Shown here in pieces: positions 21,810 through 31,803 of a stretch of 64,000 nt of DNA (its first letter is position 1; each line of letters starts with the position of its first letter). Below the pieces are notes generated by a model. The model made no database searches. It was not told where the DNA came from and saw nothing but the letters and a program-made list of their open reading frames with translations. Position numbers and translations under genes: made by a program. The stretch is from an uncultured Myxococcia bacterium (GTDB lineage: Bacteria; Myxococcota_A; UBA9042; PHBI01), in contig OW818691.1 in the NCBI GenBank assembly GCA_942493285.1, positions 950,875 to 1,014,874 of the forward strand. Reading direction: 5' to 3'.

Positions 21810-21832
21810 CGGGGCCCCTCTGCGAGTCGGGT

Positions 21833-23434
21833 TCAGGGGGTGGGCGCGGTCACGGTGGGCTCGCCCGAGGGTGCGACCACGGGGACCTCGACCTTGCTGA
21901 TGCGGGTGCGCTGGCTCGACTGAGCGAGGCTTTCGCCGGCGGTCTTGGAGAAGTCCAGCGCGCGGGTTGGCAGGATGCCGATGATGATGATCGCCGCGGC
22001 GGATAGGCCGAGTGCCAGCGCCAGCGGGCGGCTCGTGATCATGTGGATGGGGCGCTCGGTCGACTCGTCGCGCATGTAGGTCACGAGGATGACACGCAGG
22101 TAATACCAGGCCGAGATGACCGAGTTGATGACGGCCACGATGACGAGCCAGAGGTACTCGGACTGGCGGGCTTCGAGGATCTCTTCGAAGATGGTCAGCT
22201 TGCCCATAAAGCCGGCCGTCAGCGGGATGCCGAGCAGCGACAACATGGCGATGGTGAGGACCAGGGCGTGACCTGGGCTGCGCTTGGCGAGGCCTGCATA
22301 GGCCGCTTCGCCGATGTCTTCGGTGTCGTTGCCGGACACCGAGGCCGCGACGCCGAAGGCCGCGGCGTTCGCGAGCGTGTAGGCGAGCAGATAGAAGAGG
22401 AGGCCTGCACCGAGGCCCGCGAGCGCGCCCGAGGTGCCGGTCGGCACGACCAGGAGCGCCACCATGATGTAGCCCGTGTGCGCGATGGCCGAGTAGGCGA
22501 GCATCCGCTTGAGGTTCTTCTGGGCGAGCGCCATGAGGTTGCCGACGAACATCGAGGCGACCGCGCCGATGGTGACGAGCAGCTCCCAGGAGAGGCCCTC
22601 ACTCCGGAGCTCGGGGGTACCAAAGGCCGTGAGCAGCACGCGGGCGAAGGCGCCGAACGCGGCGGTCTTGACGGCGATGGCCATGAAGCCGGCGGCCGTG
22701 GCGGGTGCGCCCTCGTAGACATCGGGCGTCCACATATGAAAGGGAGCGGCTGCGACTTTGAAGAAGAACGCGCTGATGAGCAGCACCAGGGCGAAGCGGA
22801 CGAGCTCTGGGGTCTTGGCCATGGCGCCGCCCGACAGGGCTTCGGCGATGCCGGGCAACGAGATGGTGCCGGTCGCGCCGTAGGCGAAGGCGATGCCGAG
22901 GAGCAAGAGGCCGGACGCGAACGAGCCCAGGACGAAGTACTTGGTTGCCGACTCGGTCGAGAACTTGGACTGACGCTTGAAGCCCGCGAGCACGTAGACC
23001 GAGAGCGACATCAGCTCGAGCGCGATGAAGAAGGTCAAGAGGTCGTTGGCCATCACGAGCGCCATCATGCCGACCGAGGCGAAGGCGACGAGGCCGTAGA
23101 ACTCGCCGTGGTCGGACTTCTGTTCGGGCAGGTAGTGCACGGTCGCGAGCGACATGAGGGCGGCGCCGACGAGGATGACGATGGACAGGCCAAGACCGAA
23201 GTGGTCGAGCACGAGCGCGTACGAGAAGATGTCAGACGTGAAGACGAGCTCGCTCTCGGTGCGGCCGTAGAGGAAGAGCGCGAAGACGAGCGCCAACACG
23301 AAGCCGACGGTCGTCAGGTTGCCAAGCCAGCCCTTGAACGAGTTCTTCGGCGAGAAGACCGCGGCGAGCAGCGCGACGAGTCCGACGACCGTCACGATGA
23401 TGAGCGGGGAGATGAGGTAGAGGTCGTGCCACAT
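21833..23434 (-). CDS. nuoN: NADH-quinone oxidoreductase subunit N
   Basis: FIALELMSLSVYVLAG, ESATKYFVLGS, FKVAAAPFHMWTPDVYEGAP, KRMLAYSAIAH. Confidence 0.96.
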   Translation of the reverse strand: MWHDLYLISPLIIVTVVGLVALLAAVFSPKNSFKGWLGNLTTVGFVLALVFALFLYGRTESELVFTSDIFSYALVLDHFGLGLSIVILVGAALMSLATVHYLPEQKSDHGEFYGLVAFASVGMMALVMANDLLTFFIALELMSLSVYVLAGFKRQSKFSTESATKYFVLGSFASGLLLLGIAFAYGATGTISLPGIAEALSGGAMAKTPELVRFALVLLISAFFFKVAAAPFHMWTPDVYEGAPATAAGFMAIAVKTAAFGAFARVLLTAFGTPELRSEGLSWELLVTIGAVASMFVGNLMALAQKNLKRMLAYSAIAHTGYIMVALLVVPTGTSGALAGLGAGLLFYLLAYTLANAAAFGVAASVSGNDTEDIGEAAYAGLAKRSPGHALVLTIAMLSLLGIPLTAGFMGKLTIFEEILEARQSEYLWLVIVAVINSVISAWYYLRVILVTYMRDESTERPIHMITSRPLALALGLSAAAIIIIGILPTRALDFSKTAGESLAQSSQRTRISKVEVPVVAPSGEPTVTAPTP

Positions 23435-23440
23435 CTGGGC

Positions 23441-25180
23441 TTACTCCGCGGACGTGAGGGGCGAGGTGAGGGAGGCGAGCCCGGCGGGGACGACCTGGTC
23501 GAAGGTCGGCGCGCGGCCTTCGGTGTCCTCGACTATGGGGGCGCCCGGTGTGGCGGGGTCGGCCGGATTGAGCTGGGCGCCGCGGCGGCGCGTGCGCTCG
23601 GCCTCGGCCTTGGCGCGTGGGTCACGGGCGGCTTCGACGCGGGCACCGGGGCCGGCGACGAGCGACTCGACCGAGGCGGTCATCGAGCTCGTGAACGAGG
23701 TCGGGAAGAAGCCGATGACGAAGATGAGGACGACGAGCGGCATGAGGACCGAGACCTCGCGGAAGGTGAGGTCGGTCAGCTCTTCGTTGTGGGGGTTGGT
23801 GAGCGGGCCGAAGAAGACGCGGCGCACCATGGACAGCATGTAGATGGCGCCGAGCAAAACACCCGTCGTGGCCACGACCGCGCAGATGAGGGCGAGCCCG
23901 TTCCAGCTGTCGAAGGGCATGAACGGCATCGACTCGAGGAAGGCGCCCGACAGGATCATGAACTCGCCCGCGAAGCCGTTGGTGCCGGGCAGCCCGATGG
24001 AGCTCATCGTGACGATGATGAAGAAGGTCGTGAAGATCGGCATCTTCGCCGCGATGCCGCCGTAATCGGTGATCTTGCGGGTGTGGGTGCGCTCGTAGAC
24101 CATGCCGACGAGGAGGAAGAGGGCGCCGGTCGAGATGCCGTGGTTGATCATCTGCAGGATGGAGCCTTCCACGGCCTGCTGGTTCAGGGCGACGATGCCG
24201 AGCATGACGAAGCCGAGATGGGAGACCGAGGAGTAGGCGACGAGCTTCTTCACGTCGCCTTGAGCGAACGCCACGAACGCGCCGTAGACGATGCCGATGA
24301 CCGAGAGCACCAGGATGGCCGGTGAGAAGTCGGCCATGGCCTCGGGGAAGAGCGGGATGGCGAAGCGCAGGAGCCCGTAGGTGCCCATCTTGAGGAGCAC
24401 ACCGGCCAGGATGACGGAGCCCGAGGTCGGGGCTTCGGTGTGGGCGTCGGGCAGCCAGGTGTGGAATGGGAAGAGCGGGACCTTGATGCAGAAGGCGAGC
24501 GCGAACGCCAGGAAGAGCCAGGTCTGCTCGGTCCCGGTCAGCGAGAGGGCCAGGATGTCGGTGTAGGCGAAGCTGCCGGCTTTGACGTAGAGCCAGACCA
24601 CGCCGACCAGCATGAGCAGCGAGCCGACGACCGTGTAGACGACGAACTTGATGGTCGCGTAATGGCGGTTTGCGCCGCCCCAGATCCCGATGAGGAGGTA
24701 CATCGGGATGAGCATCATCTCCCAGAAGAGATAGAAGAGGAGGAGGTCGGTCGCCAGGAGGGTGCCGAGCATTGCTGTCTCGAGGACGAGCATGGCGATG
24801 ACGAACTCACGCACACGCTCGGCGACGCCGGTCTTGGCGGCGAACAGGATGATGGGCGTGAGGAAGGTCGTGAGCATCACGATCCAGAGCGAGATGCCGT
24901 CGAGCTGCAGCGTGAAGGTCGCGCCGATGGAGTCGATCCAGGGGATCGAGAAGTCGAACGACGGCTGGAAGCCGGGCGCCGAGTAGTCGAACGACGTGAG
25001 CAGCGGGATGCTCACGGCGAGCGCGATGAGCGAGAAGACGAGCCCGATGCCGCGATGGGCGGCCTCCTGCTCGCGTGGCACGAAGGCCAGCAGAATGGCG
25101 CCGATGAGCGGCAACAGGACGAGGATCGGGAGCAGCACGCTCTGGCTCTCGACCGGGGTCACGAATGAAGTGAGTTCCAT
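23441..25180 (-). CDS. nuoM: NADH-quinone oxidoreductase subunit M
   Basis: LDGISLW, FWEMMLIPMY, PFHTWLPDAHTEAP, KKLVAYSSVSH, GLPGTNGFAGEF; extra polar C-terminal tail. Confidence 0.96.
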   Translation of the reverse strand: MELTSFVTPVESQSVLLPILVLLPLIGAILLAFVPREQEAAHRGIGLVFSLIALAVSIPLLTSFDYSAPGFQPSFDFSIPWIDSIGATFTLQLDGISLWIVMLTTFLTPIILFAAKTGVAERVREFVIAMLVLETAMLGTLLATDLLLFYLFWEMMLIPMYLLIGIWGGANRHYATIKFVVYTVVGSLLMLVGVVWLYVKAGSFAYTDILALSLTGTEQTWLFLAFALAFCIKVPLFPFHTWLPDAHTEAPTSGSVILAGVLLKMGTYGLLRFAIPLFPEAMADFSPAILVLSVIGIVYGAFVAFAQGDVKKLVAYSSVSHLGFVMLGIVALNQQAVEGSILQMINHGISTGALFLLVGMVYERTHTRKITDYGGIAAKMPIFTTFFIIVTMSSIGLPGTNGFAGEFMILSGAFLESMPFMPFDSWNGLALICAVVATTGVLLGAIYMLSMVRRVFFGPLTNPHNEELTDLTFREVSVLMPLVVLIFVIGFFPTSFTSSMTASVESLVAGPGARVEAARDPRAKAEAERTRRRGAQLNPADPATPGAPIVEDTEGRAPTFDQVVPAGLASLTSPLTSAE

Positions 25181-25196
25181 CGGTTGGGTCCTCGGC

Positions 25197-27221
25197 TCAC
25201 GCAGCGAAGAGGAGCGCGGTCGCGAGCCCGACCACGATCACGGTGACATAGGCCTGGACATCGCCGTTCTGGAGGCCGCGCATGCGGTCGCCGACGAAGC
25301 CGAGGAGCTTGGCGGGGCCCCTGACGAGGAGGCCGTCGATGATAGCGACGTCGACGACCTTGTGCAGGCCGCGGGCGATGACACGCATCGGGCGGATGAA
25401 GGCCCAGGCGTAGAACTCGTCCACGTAGTACTTGTTGGTCAGGACACGATGCCAGGCGGACTCGGTCGGGGCGACCGGCAGCGTCGACTTGTCGTACCAG
25501 GCCTTGGCGAGCAGCATGCCACCGATGCCGATGCCGGACGAGACGACCATGACGGCGATCTCGATGACGGCGTTGTGGCTGTAGTAGTAGTGGGTGTCCT
25601 TGAGCCAGGCGAAGTTGGGCGAGAGCCAGGCGTCGAGCGCGTGGGCGTGCGGGATGATGTGGGGAATGCCAACGAAGCCTGCGAAGGCGGCGAGGATGCC
25701 GAGTACCGCCAGCGGGATGGTCATCGAGCGCTCTTCGTGAGCGTGGTCGTAGACGTGCGGGTCGCCGCGATAGGTGCCGCCAAAGGTCAGGTAGTAGAGG
25801 CGGAACATGTAGAAGGCCGTGCATGCGGCCGCGATGAAGCCGAGCGCGCCCGCGATGTAGTTGGGCGAGTAGCCGATGGCGTGGCTCGCGACCGCGTTGA
25901 AGAGGATCTCATCCTTCGAGAAGAAGCCCGAGAAGAACGGGATGCCGGCGATGGCCAGACAGCTCACGAAGAAGGTGATGTTGGTGACGGGCAGCTTCTT
26001 TCGGAGGCCACCCATCTGGCGGATGTCCTGCTCGTGGTGCATGGCGTGGATGACCGAGCCCGAGCCGAGGAACAAGCAGGCCTTGAAGAAGGCGTGTGTC
26101 ATCAGGTGGAAGATGGCGCCGACGTAGTTGCCGACGCCGACCGCGAGCACCATGAAGCCGATCTGGCTCACGGTGGAGTAGGCCAGCACCTTCTTGATGT
26201 CGTTCTGGACGAGCGCGATGGTCGCCGCGAAGGCTGCCGTCAGGCCGCCGACAATGGCCACGATGGTCATGGCGTCGGGGCTCGCTGCGAAGAGCGGGTT
26301 CATACGGGCCATGACGTAGACGCCGGCCGTTACCATGGTCGCGGCGTGGATGAGGGCCGACACGGGCGTCGGTCCGGCCATGGCGTCCGGGAGCCAGACG
26401 TAGAGTGGGATCTGGGCCGACTTGCCGGTCGCGGCGACGAAGTAGAGGAGGCAGATGACGAACAGGGTCGACTCGCCGCTCTCGCCGCTGCTCGTGAGGT
26501 GGCCGACGGCCGAGGCGACGCCGCCCTCGCTCATGAAGTCGAGGCTGCCGTGCGAGTAGAAGACGAGCAGGAAGGTGGCGACGAGGAAGGCGAGGTCACC
26601 GACGCGGTTGGCGATGAAGGCCTTCTGGCCAGCCTCGGCCTTCTCCATGTCCTTGTACCAGAAGCCGATGAGCAGATAGCTGCAGAGGCCGACACCTTCC
26701 CACCCGACGAAGAGCACCACGAGGTTCTTGCCGAGGATGAGGAGCAGCATCGAGAACATGAAAAGGTTGAGGTACGAGAAGTACTTCCAGTACGCGTCGT
26801 CCGTCTTCATGTAGCCGGTCGAGAACACGTGGATGAGCGTGCCGACGCCCGTCACGACGAGCACCATCACCGACGAGAGGTGGTCGAGCATGAACGAGAA
26901 GCTGATGTCGAGCTCGCCGCTCGAAAACCAGGTCCAGCCGTTCACGACGAGGTAGTCCTCGGCCGGCAGGGTCGTCAGGCGGATGACCTCGATGAAGGCG
27001 AAGCAGAACGCGAGCAGCACCGAGCCGACGCCGATGGTCGTCACGGTGGACTGGCTGAAACGTTTGCCGAAGACGCCGTTCAAGAAGGCGCCGATGAGCG
27101 GCAACAGGATGACCCAGCTGAGGAAGTCAGCGGGGTGCGCGTTGCCGATGGCGGGGCCTAACAAGGCCGTCGCCTGGGCGGCCGCGTCGACCACGTGTTC
27201 GGTTTGTGCTGCGAGAAACAC
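25197..27221 (-). CDS. nuoL: NADH-quinone oxidoreductase subunit L
   Basis: GWEGVGLCSYLLIGFW, GKSAQIPLYVWLPDAMAGPTPVSALIHAATMV, HAFFKACLFL. Confidence 0.97.
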   Translation of the reverse strand: MFLAAQTEHVVDAAAQATALLGPAIGNAHPADFLSWVILLPLIGAFLNGVFGKRFSQSTVTTIGVGSVLLAFCFAFIEVIRLTTLPAEDYLVVNGWTWFSSGELDISFSFMLDHLSSVMVLVVTGVGTLIHVFSTGYMKTDDAYWKYFSYLNLFMFSMLLLILGKNLVVLFVGWEGVGLCSYLLIGFWYKDMEKAEAGQKAFIANRVGDLAFLVATFLLVFYSHGSLDFMSEGGVASAVGHLTSSGESGESTLFVICLLYFVAATGKSAQIPLYVWLPDAMAGPTPVSALIHAATMVTAGVYVMARMNPLFAASPDAMTIVAIVGGLTAAFAATIALVQNDIKKVLAYSTVSQIGFMVLAVGVGNYVGAIFHLMTHAFFKACLFLGSGSVIHAMHHEQDIRQMGGLRKKLPVTNITFFVSCLAIAGIPFFSGFFSKDEILFNAVASHAIGYSPNYIAGALGFIAAACTAFYMFRLYYLTFGGTYRGDPHVYDHAHEERSMTIPLAVLGILAAFAGFVGIPHIIPHAHALDAWLSPNFAWLKDTHYYYSHNAVIEIAVMVVSSGIGIGGMLLAKAWYDKSTLPVAPTESAWHRVLTNKYYVDEFYAWAFIRPMRVIARGLHKVVDVAIIDGLLVRGPAKLLGFVGDRMRGLQNGDVQAYVTVIVVGLATALLFAA

Positions 27222-27298
27222 CGGGTTGTCTCCGTTCCTCGGGGGATGGGCTCAGGCCGACACCCGTTCAGGGGCCGGCATGGGTTAGGGGTGAAGGC

Positions 27299-27637
27299 TC
27301 AGTTCTTGAGCGCGTTCATTTCGTCGAGATTGACGTTCTTGCGGTGACGGAAGATGCCGAGCACGAGTGCCAGACCGATGGCGGCCTCGGCGGCGGCGAC
27401 CGCGATGACGAAGAACGTCATGACGTGGCCGTGCATGTCGCCCCACTGGCGGGCGAACGCGAGGAACACGAGGTTGACCGCGTTCAGCATGATCTCGACC
27501 GACATCAGGACCGTCAGCGCGTTGCGGCGTGCGAGGACGCCGGCAGATCCGATGGCGAAGAGGATGATGGCGACGATGAGGAACCAGTGGAGCGGGATGG
27601 CGTGGTTGACGCCCGCATCGGCTAGCGTGTTCAGCAT
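27299..27637 (-). CDS. nuoK: NADH-quinone oxidoreductase subunit K
   Basis: RRNALTVLMSVEIMLNAVNL, AAAEAAIGLA; ATG 27637 overlaps the nuoJ stop. Confidence 0.95.
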   Translation of the reverse strand: MLNTLADAGVNHAIPLHWFLIVAIILFAIGSAGVLARRNALTVLMSVEIMLNAVNLVFLAFARQWGDMHGHVMTFFVIAVAAAEAAIGLALVLGIFRHRKNVNLDEMNALKN

Positions 27638-28149
27638 CACAGGGTCCTCTTGGCGAGCACGACCGCGCCGATGACGGCGACGAACAGGAGCAGGCCCGTC
27701 AGCTCGAACGGGATGAGGTAGTTCTTGAACAGCACTTCAGCGATGGCATCCACGCTGCCGAAGCCCGCCGGGATGGGCTGGGCCACGATGCCGACCGACT
27801 GCGCGTCCACCATGAGGACGGTCTTCACGGCGAGCACGCCCACGCCCACGATGCCAAGCCCCTTGGCCACCGTGCGGGTCTCGTCACCGAGCTCCTTCTT
27901 GGTCAGGTTGAGCAGCATGATGACGAACGTGAACAGAACCATGATGGCGCCCGCGTACACGAGGATCTGCAGGATCGCCATCGTGTGCGCGAAGAGCAGG
28001 ATGTAGACGCCTGCCATGAAGAAGAAGCTCACGATGAGGAACAGCGCGCCGTAGAGCGGGTTCTTGCCCGAGGGGGGCAGGACCACGAGCGCGCTGGTCA
28101 CGATCGCTCCGATCGCGAGCAGCCAGAAGAGGATCTGTTCGAATCCCAT
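27637..28149 (-). CDS. nuoJ: NADH-quinone oxidoreductase subunit J
   Basis: QILVYAGAIMVLFTFVIMLL, YLIPFELTGLLLFVAVIGAVVLA. Confidence 0.95.
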   Translation of the reverse strand: MGFEQILFWLLAIGAIVTSALVVLPPSGKNPLYGALFLIVSFFFMAGVYILLFAHTMAILQILVYAGAIMVLFTFVIMLLNLTKKELGDETRTVAKGLGIVGVGVLAVKTVLMVDAQSVGIVAQPIPAGFGSVDAIAEVLFKNYLIPFELTGLLLFVAVIGAVVLAKRTL

Positions 28150-28239
28150 GGGGGTGATGGCCTTTTCTTCTGTGGGTGGCGTCCGGTGGGATGGCAGAGG
28201 TTCCGACCGGACTTTCGCGACAGGTCGCGACAGGCCGCG

Positions 28240-29589
28240 TCAGCCGCGCGGCAGCGGGATATGGTCGTGGGGGCATCCGCGGTGGGTCACATGCGCCTCG
28301 AACTCGTCCCAGAACTTGCGAACGAAGCTCTGGACGGGGAGGGCGGCCGCGTCACCGAGGGCGCAGATGGTGTTGCCGCCGATCTGGTCGGCGACGTCGA
28401 GCAGCACGTCGAGGTCGCTGCGCTGGCCGCGCCCCGCCTCGAGGTCATCGAGGATGCGGGCCAACCAGCCGGTGCCCTCGCGGCACGGGGTGCACTGGCC
28501 ACACGACTCGTGGGCGTAGAAGTGGCTGATGCGCTGCAGGCACTTCACGAGGCAGGTGCCCTCGGCGATGACGATGATGCCGCAGGTGCCGAGCATCGTG
28601 CCGGCCTTCATCATGGCGTCGACCGTCATCGGGATGTCGATCTCGTCGGGCTTCAAGACCGGGCAGGACGAGCCGCCCGGGATGACGGCCTTGAGCTTGC
28701 GGTCTTCGAGGACACCGCCGCCGGGGCCGTAGATCATGTCGCGCAAGCTGACGCCCACGCCGACCTCGTAGAGGCCCGGGTTCTTCACGTGACCCGAGAT
28801 GCCGACGATGCGGCTGCCGCCGTCGCGCTCGACGCCGAGCGAGAGGAACCATTCGGCGCCGTGCTCGATGATGAGCGGCACCGACGCCAACGTCTCGACG
28901 TTGTTGATGACCGTCGGGCAACCAAAGGCGCCGACGACCGCCGGGAACGGGGGCTTCAGGCGGGGCTGGCCGGGCTTGCCCTCGAGGCTCTCGAGGAGGG
29001 CGGTCTCTTCGCCGCAGATGTAGGCGCCCGCACCGGTGTGGACGAAGATGTCGAGCCGCTTGCCCGAACCCATCGCGTTCTCGCCGAGGATACCTGCGGC
29101 GTAGACCTGGGCGATGGCCTTCTCACAGGTGGCGATCTGGGTGAAGAACTCGCCGCGGATGTAGATGTAGCAGGTCTGGATGCCCAACGTGGTCATGCAG
29201 ATGATGCAGCCCTCGATGAGGCGGTGCGGGTCTTCGGACAGGTAGTAGTTGTCCTTGAAGGTGCCCGGCTCGCCCTCGTCGCCGTTGACGACGAGGTACT
29301 TGGGTTTCGAGGTGTCTTTCGGGACGAAGCCCCACTTGATGCCCGCGGGGAAGCCGGCGCCGCCGCGACCGCGGACAGAGGCTTTCTTCATCTCTTCCAG
29401 GACCTTGTCGGGTCCGATGGCGATCGCCTTCTTTGCGCCATTGTAGCCGCCGGCGCCCACGTAGACCTTGAGGTCGCGATAGTCCTTGCCGTGGCTCGAG
29501 CGGAGCAGGTGGTCGTAGAGCTTGACCGGACGCGCTGGTTGCACACCCACCGGAGCGCCAACCGAAGGACCCTGGATCGTCGCCGTCAT
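28240..29589 (-). CDS. nuoF: NADH-quinone oxidoreductase subunit F
   Basis: GRGGAGFPAG, NGDEGEPGTFKD, GAGAYICGEETAL, N3 cluster ESCGQCTPCREG...ICALG. Confidence 0.97.
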   Translation of the reverse strand: MTATIQGPSVGAPVGVQPARPVKLYDHLLRSSHGKDYRDLKVYVGAGGYNGAKKAIAIGPDKVLEEMKKASVRGRGGAGFPAGIKWGFVPKDTSKPKYLVVNGDEGEPGTFKDNYYLSEDPHRLIEGCIICMTTLGIQTCYIYIRGEFFTQIATCEKAIAQVYAAGILGENAMGSGKRLDIFVHTGAGAYICGEETALLESLEGKPGQPRLKPPFPAVVGAFGCPTVINNVETLASVPLIIEHGAEWFLSLGVERDGGSRIVGISGHVKNPGLYEVGVGVSLRDMIYGPGGGVLEDRKLKAVIPGGSSCPVLKPDEIDIPMTVDAMMKAGTMLGTCGIIVIAEGTCLVKCLQRISHFYAHESCGQCTPCREGTGWLARILDDLEAGRGQRSDLDVLLDVADQIGGNTICALGDAAALPVQSFVRKFWDEFEAHVTHRGCPHDHIPLPRG

Positions 29590-29635
29590 CGTACCCCCGT
29601 CACATCCGTTGAGAGTTTCTGAGAGAGCCTGTGGC

Positions 29636-30160
29636 TCAAGCCCCGCGGCCGTTCTTCGTGCGGAGCTCTTCGACGAGTTGGCGCGCGCCGTCGGCGGTCA
29701 CCCACTCGTGATAGTCTTCGTTGACCTGGACGACGGGCGCACGACCACATGCGGCGAGGCACTCGACCTCGGTCAGCGTGAAGAGGCCATCGTTCGTGGT
29801 GGCACCGCAGTCGACGTCGAGCTCGTCCTCGAAGGCGCGCGTCACGTCATCGGAGCCACGGAGATAGCAGCTGATGTTCTTGCAGACCTGGACGTGGAAG
29901 CGTCCGACCGGCTCTTTGTTGAACATCGTGTAGAAGGTTGCGGTCGAGATGACCTTCGAGGCCGGCAGGCCGAGCGTTTGGGCGACGAGCTCGAGGGCGG
30001 CCGCGTCGAGGTGGCCGAACTCGCGCTGCGCCACGAAAAGCGTCGGGATGAGCGCCGCCTGGTTGGTCGGATAACGCTTACGCAGGTTGGCGATGGCCTC
30101 GAGGGCGGAGGCCGAGAAGGTCGGGTTCCGCTGGCCGGTCTGGATGTCGTTGCCTTCCAT
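29636..30160 (-). CDS. nuoE: NADH-quinone oxidoreductase subunit E
   Basis: ATFYTMF, [2Fe-2S] ligands CKNISC...CLAAC. Confidence 0.95.
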   Translation of the reverse strand: MEGNDIQTGQRNPTFSASALEAIANLRKRYPTNQAALIPTLFVAQREFGHLDAAALELVAQTLGLPASKVISTATFYTMFNKEPVGRFHVQVCKNISCYLRGSDDVTRAFEDELDVDCGATTNDGLFTLTEVECLAACGRAPVVQVNEDYHEWVTADGARQLVEELRTKNGRGA

Positions 30161-30515
30161 GACTCTCCTCTCGCACTCGCCGTCGGCGCTCCGTATCCCC
30201 GGAGATGCCGGGCCGGAAGATTCCGCCCCGTGTTCTGGCCACTGCCCTTGGCCGACGATTCTTTCGCTCTGCCAGTTGTTCGTCTGGAGAGCGGAGACGT
30301 TCTGCCCCGTCCGGGGGGCGTTCTAGGCGAGGCTTCCGAAAAGTGCAAGGTCGAAGGGGAGGGCGATAGACGGGGGTTTCGCTGGGTCTGACAAGCGGTA
30401 TCCGGGACGGTCGTGGCCCTGCCGTAGGGGTATGGTGGGGCGGCGCGGTTGGAGGTTGGACATCCATCGTGCGTCGTCCTTGACAGCGCGGGCGGCGTGG
30501 GAGAGGGCAGCCGCG

Positions 30516-31529
30516 ATGGCGATGCATGTCAGGGGGCGCGTAGTCGAGGTGCACGGGATGCTGGTCACGGTGCGCCTCGCGGACGTCGTGAGCGGGGCCG
30601 CGGACGACTTACACGGGCTCAGGGTGCGGGTGCGCCCGCCGCGCGACCGCATGAAGCCGGTCATCGGCGACCTGTGTGAGGTCGAGCTCGATGCGACGGA
30701 TGGGGCGTCGCTGCGCGCGGCCGGGCGGGTCGAGGCGCGGGTCGTGGCGATTACGCCGCGGACGCGGGTCTACGAGCGTCTCGGGATGCCGCGCCAGGTG
30801 CTCGCAGCAAACGTGGACCGGCTGGTCATCGTGTCGGCGGTCGACCCGGAGCCGAAGCCGGGGCTCATCGACCGGATGTGGGTGGCGCTCGCCGATAGCC
30901 GCGTCGAAGTATTGCTGGTCGTAAACAAATGCGAGCTGCCTGGGCGCGCTGCAGCGCTGGCACTGCTGGCTGACCATGCGCGGGCCGGGGCGACGTTGGT
31001 GCCGACGTCGACGCGGACCGGCGAGGGCGTGAGCGAGCTCGCCGCGATGCTGACGACCGGGGTGTCGGTCGTGGTCGGCCACTCCGGGGTGGGCAAGTCG
31101 TCGCTCGTCAATGCGCTGGCTCCGGGTGCGAACCTGCTCGTCGGCGACATCAACGAGGCGACGCGTAAAGGGCGGCACACGACGACGGTTGCGACCTGTC
31201 ACGAGCTTCCGGGGGCGCCTGAGTCAATCCTCGTCGACACGCCGGGTGTCCGGGCCTTCTCGCTCGAGTCGCTCGCGGAAGCCGAGGCGGCGGCTCGGTT
31301 TCCTGGGCTGGCCGCGCTCTCCGAGGAGTGTCACTTCGCGGGTTGCCTGCACAACGCCGAGCCGAGGTGCGCCGTGATCGCGGCGATCGCGGGTGGGGCC
31401 GACGACGTCGGGCGCCACCGGGAGCGTTGGCGGGCCCTGGCGTTGGCGATGCGTGAAGAGGCGGGGCCGGTCGATGCCAAGAACCCACGCAAGGCCTCAC
31501 GCGCGCCGGGATCGTCGCGTCCCCGATAG
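30516..31529 (+). CDS. rsgA: Ribosome small subunit-dependent GTPase A
   Basis: Circularly permuted GTPase: NKCE, GHSGVGKSS, GRHTT, DTPG; zinc motif CHFAGCLHNAEPRC. Start inferred (ATG 30516 or 30522). Confidence 0.93.
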   Translation: MAMHVRGRVVEVHGMLVTVRLADVVSGAADDLHGLRVRVRPPRDRMKPVIGDLCEVELDATDGASLRAAGRVEARVVAITPRTRVYERLGMPRQVLAANVDRLVIVSAVDPEPKPGLIDRMWVALADSRVEVLLVVNKCELPGRAAALALLADHARAGATLVPTSTRTGEGVSELAAMLTTGVSVVVGHSGVGKSSLVNALAPGANLLVGDINEATRKGRHTTTVATCHELPGAPESILVDTPGVRAFSLESLAEAEAAARFPGLAALSEECHFAGCLHNAEPRCAVIAAIAGGADDVGRHRERWRALALAMREEAGPVDAKNPRKASRAPGSSRPR

Positions 31530-31803
31530 AATCTTCCGCGTCGTCAGAATCTTCAGAATCGGCTGCACCGTCGCGTCGCCGTTGTCCAGGTTGAAAGGGC
31601 CGCCCCCGCGGCAACTTCGTCGACCACGGTTTCGAGGAGGGAGAGTCTCGCGAGGTCCGGATTCGGGGGCCACGCGTTCATGGCTCGAGTGCCCGCAGGG
31701 GGCGGCTTGTGAGTCGAACCGGGCAGGGTCGGGGGCGATTCCGAAAGCGTTGTTGAATGCTGTCGGGGGCGCTCACGACTTGTGGAATGCGAGATCCTCT
31801 GCC

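Noticed and set aside
28150-28239. Missing nuoG-H-I between nuoF and nuoJ as a deletion or pseudogene
   Set aside because: The gap is only 90 bp with no remnants, and split nuo clusters are normal in myxobacteria.
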